Assembly (NCBI GenBank): GCA_964014485.1
Contig: CAXHAT010000107.1
Location: 1 to 26,434 of the forward strand
DNA length: 26,434 nucleotides
Source: an uncultured Deferribacteres bacterium
GTDB taxonomy: Bacteria; Zhuqueibacterota; Zhuqueibacteria; Zhuqueibacterales; Geothermadaptataceae
Reading direction: 5' to 3'
Shown here: positions 26,396-26,434 of the stretch, piece by piece
Layout of the letters: each line of letters opens with the position of its first letter
Position numbering within the stretch: the stretch's first letter is position 1
Translations under genes and position numbers: made by a program
Notes under the pieces: generated by a model
The model's database searches: none
The model's input: the letters and a program-made list of their open reading frames with translations, nothing else
Told to the model about the DNA's origin: nothing

Positions 26396-26434
26396 CTGTC
26401 TCGGATACACATCTCCGAGCCCACGAGACTCCAT
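26396..26434 (+). other. Illumina Nextera adapter read-through (technical artefact)
   Basis: CTGTCTCGGATACACATCTCCGAGCCCACGAGAC matches the Nextera sequence CTGTCTCTTATACACATCTCCGAGCCCACGAGAC with TT>GG. It translates to the well-known GSEMCIRDR artefact peptide. Confidence 0.97.

Noticed and set aside
26149..26424. 91-aa N-terminal extension of the HAD ORF (MGSEMCIRDR...)
   Set aside because: It starts inside the Nextera adapter and runs through a terminator and intergenic DNA. HAD motif I follows ATG 26148 directly.

Overview
Bacterial genomic window of about 50% GC, probably from a metagenomic contig because it ends in an untrimmed Nextera adapter at 26396-26434. The gene content (lipoproteins, a SPOR protein, a Tat substrate, fmt-rsmB-PASTA synteny) suggests a diderm bacterium, possibly FCB-related such as KSB1 or Calditrichota, but that is an impression, not a determination. 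From left to right: fmt (partial), rsmB, PASTA protein, asnB, a repeat-rich gap, Ser/Thr dehydratase and a SPOR lipoprotein on +. A long minus-strand block follows, containing a secreted atypical kinase-like protein, a secreted Shewanella-like phosphatase, FAAL-ACP-CarS-like cytidylyltransferase-polyprenol/diacylglycerol kinase-like genes, a TPR protein, GDPD, a PQQ-like beta-propeller and a lipoprotein. Next come a haloalkane dehalogenase, a second REP-rich gap, an isolated rfbA, BlaI plus a BlaR1(M56)-M23-thioredoxin-fold fusion, a Tat GHL10 hydrolase, an SGNH hydrolase, gabT and a HAD phosphatase. The best candidates for undescribed systems are (1) an adjacent pair of exported kinase-like and phosphatase genes, suggesting extracytoplasmic reversible phosphorylation, (2) a PKS/NRPS-free FAAL-ACP lipid operon with a CDP-archaeol-synthase-family enzyme, and (3) a BlaR1-like sensor fused to an intact M23 peptidase and a cysteine-less TlpA-like domain. 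All functional calls come from motif recognition by eye, and no database searches were run.
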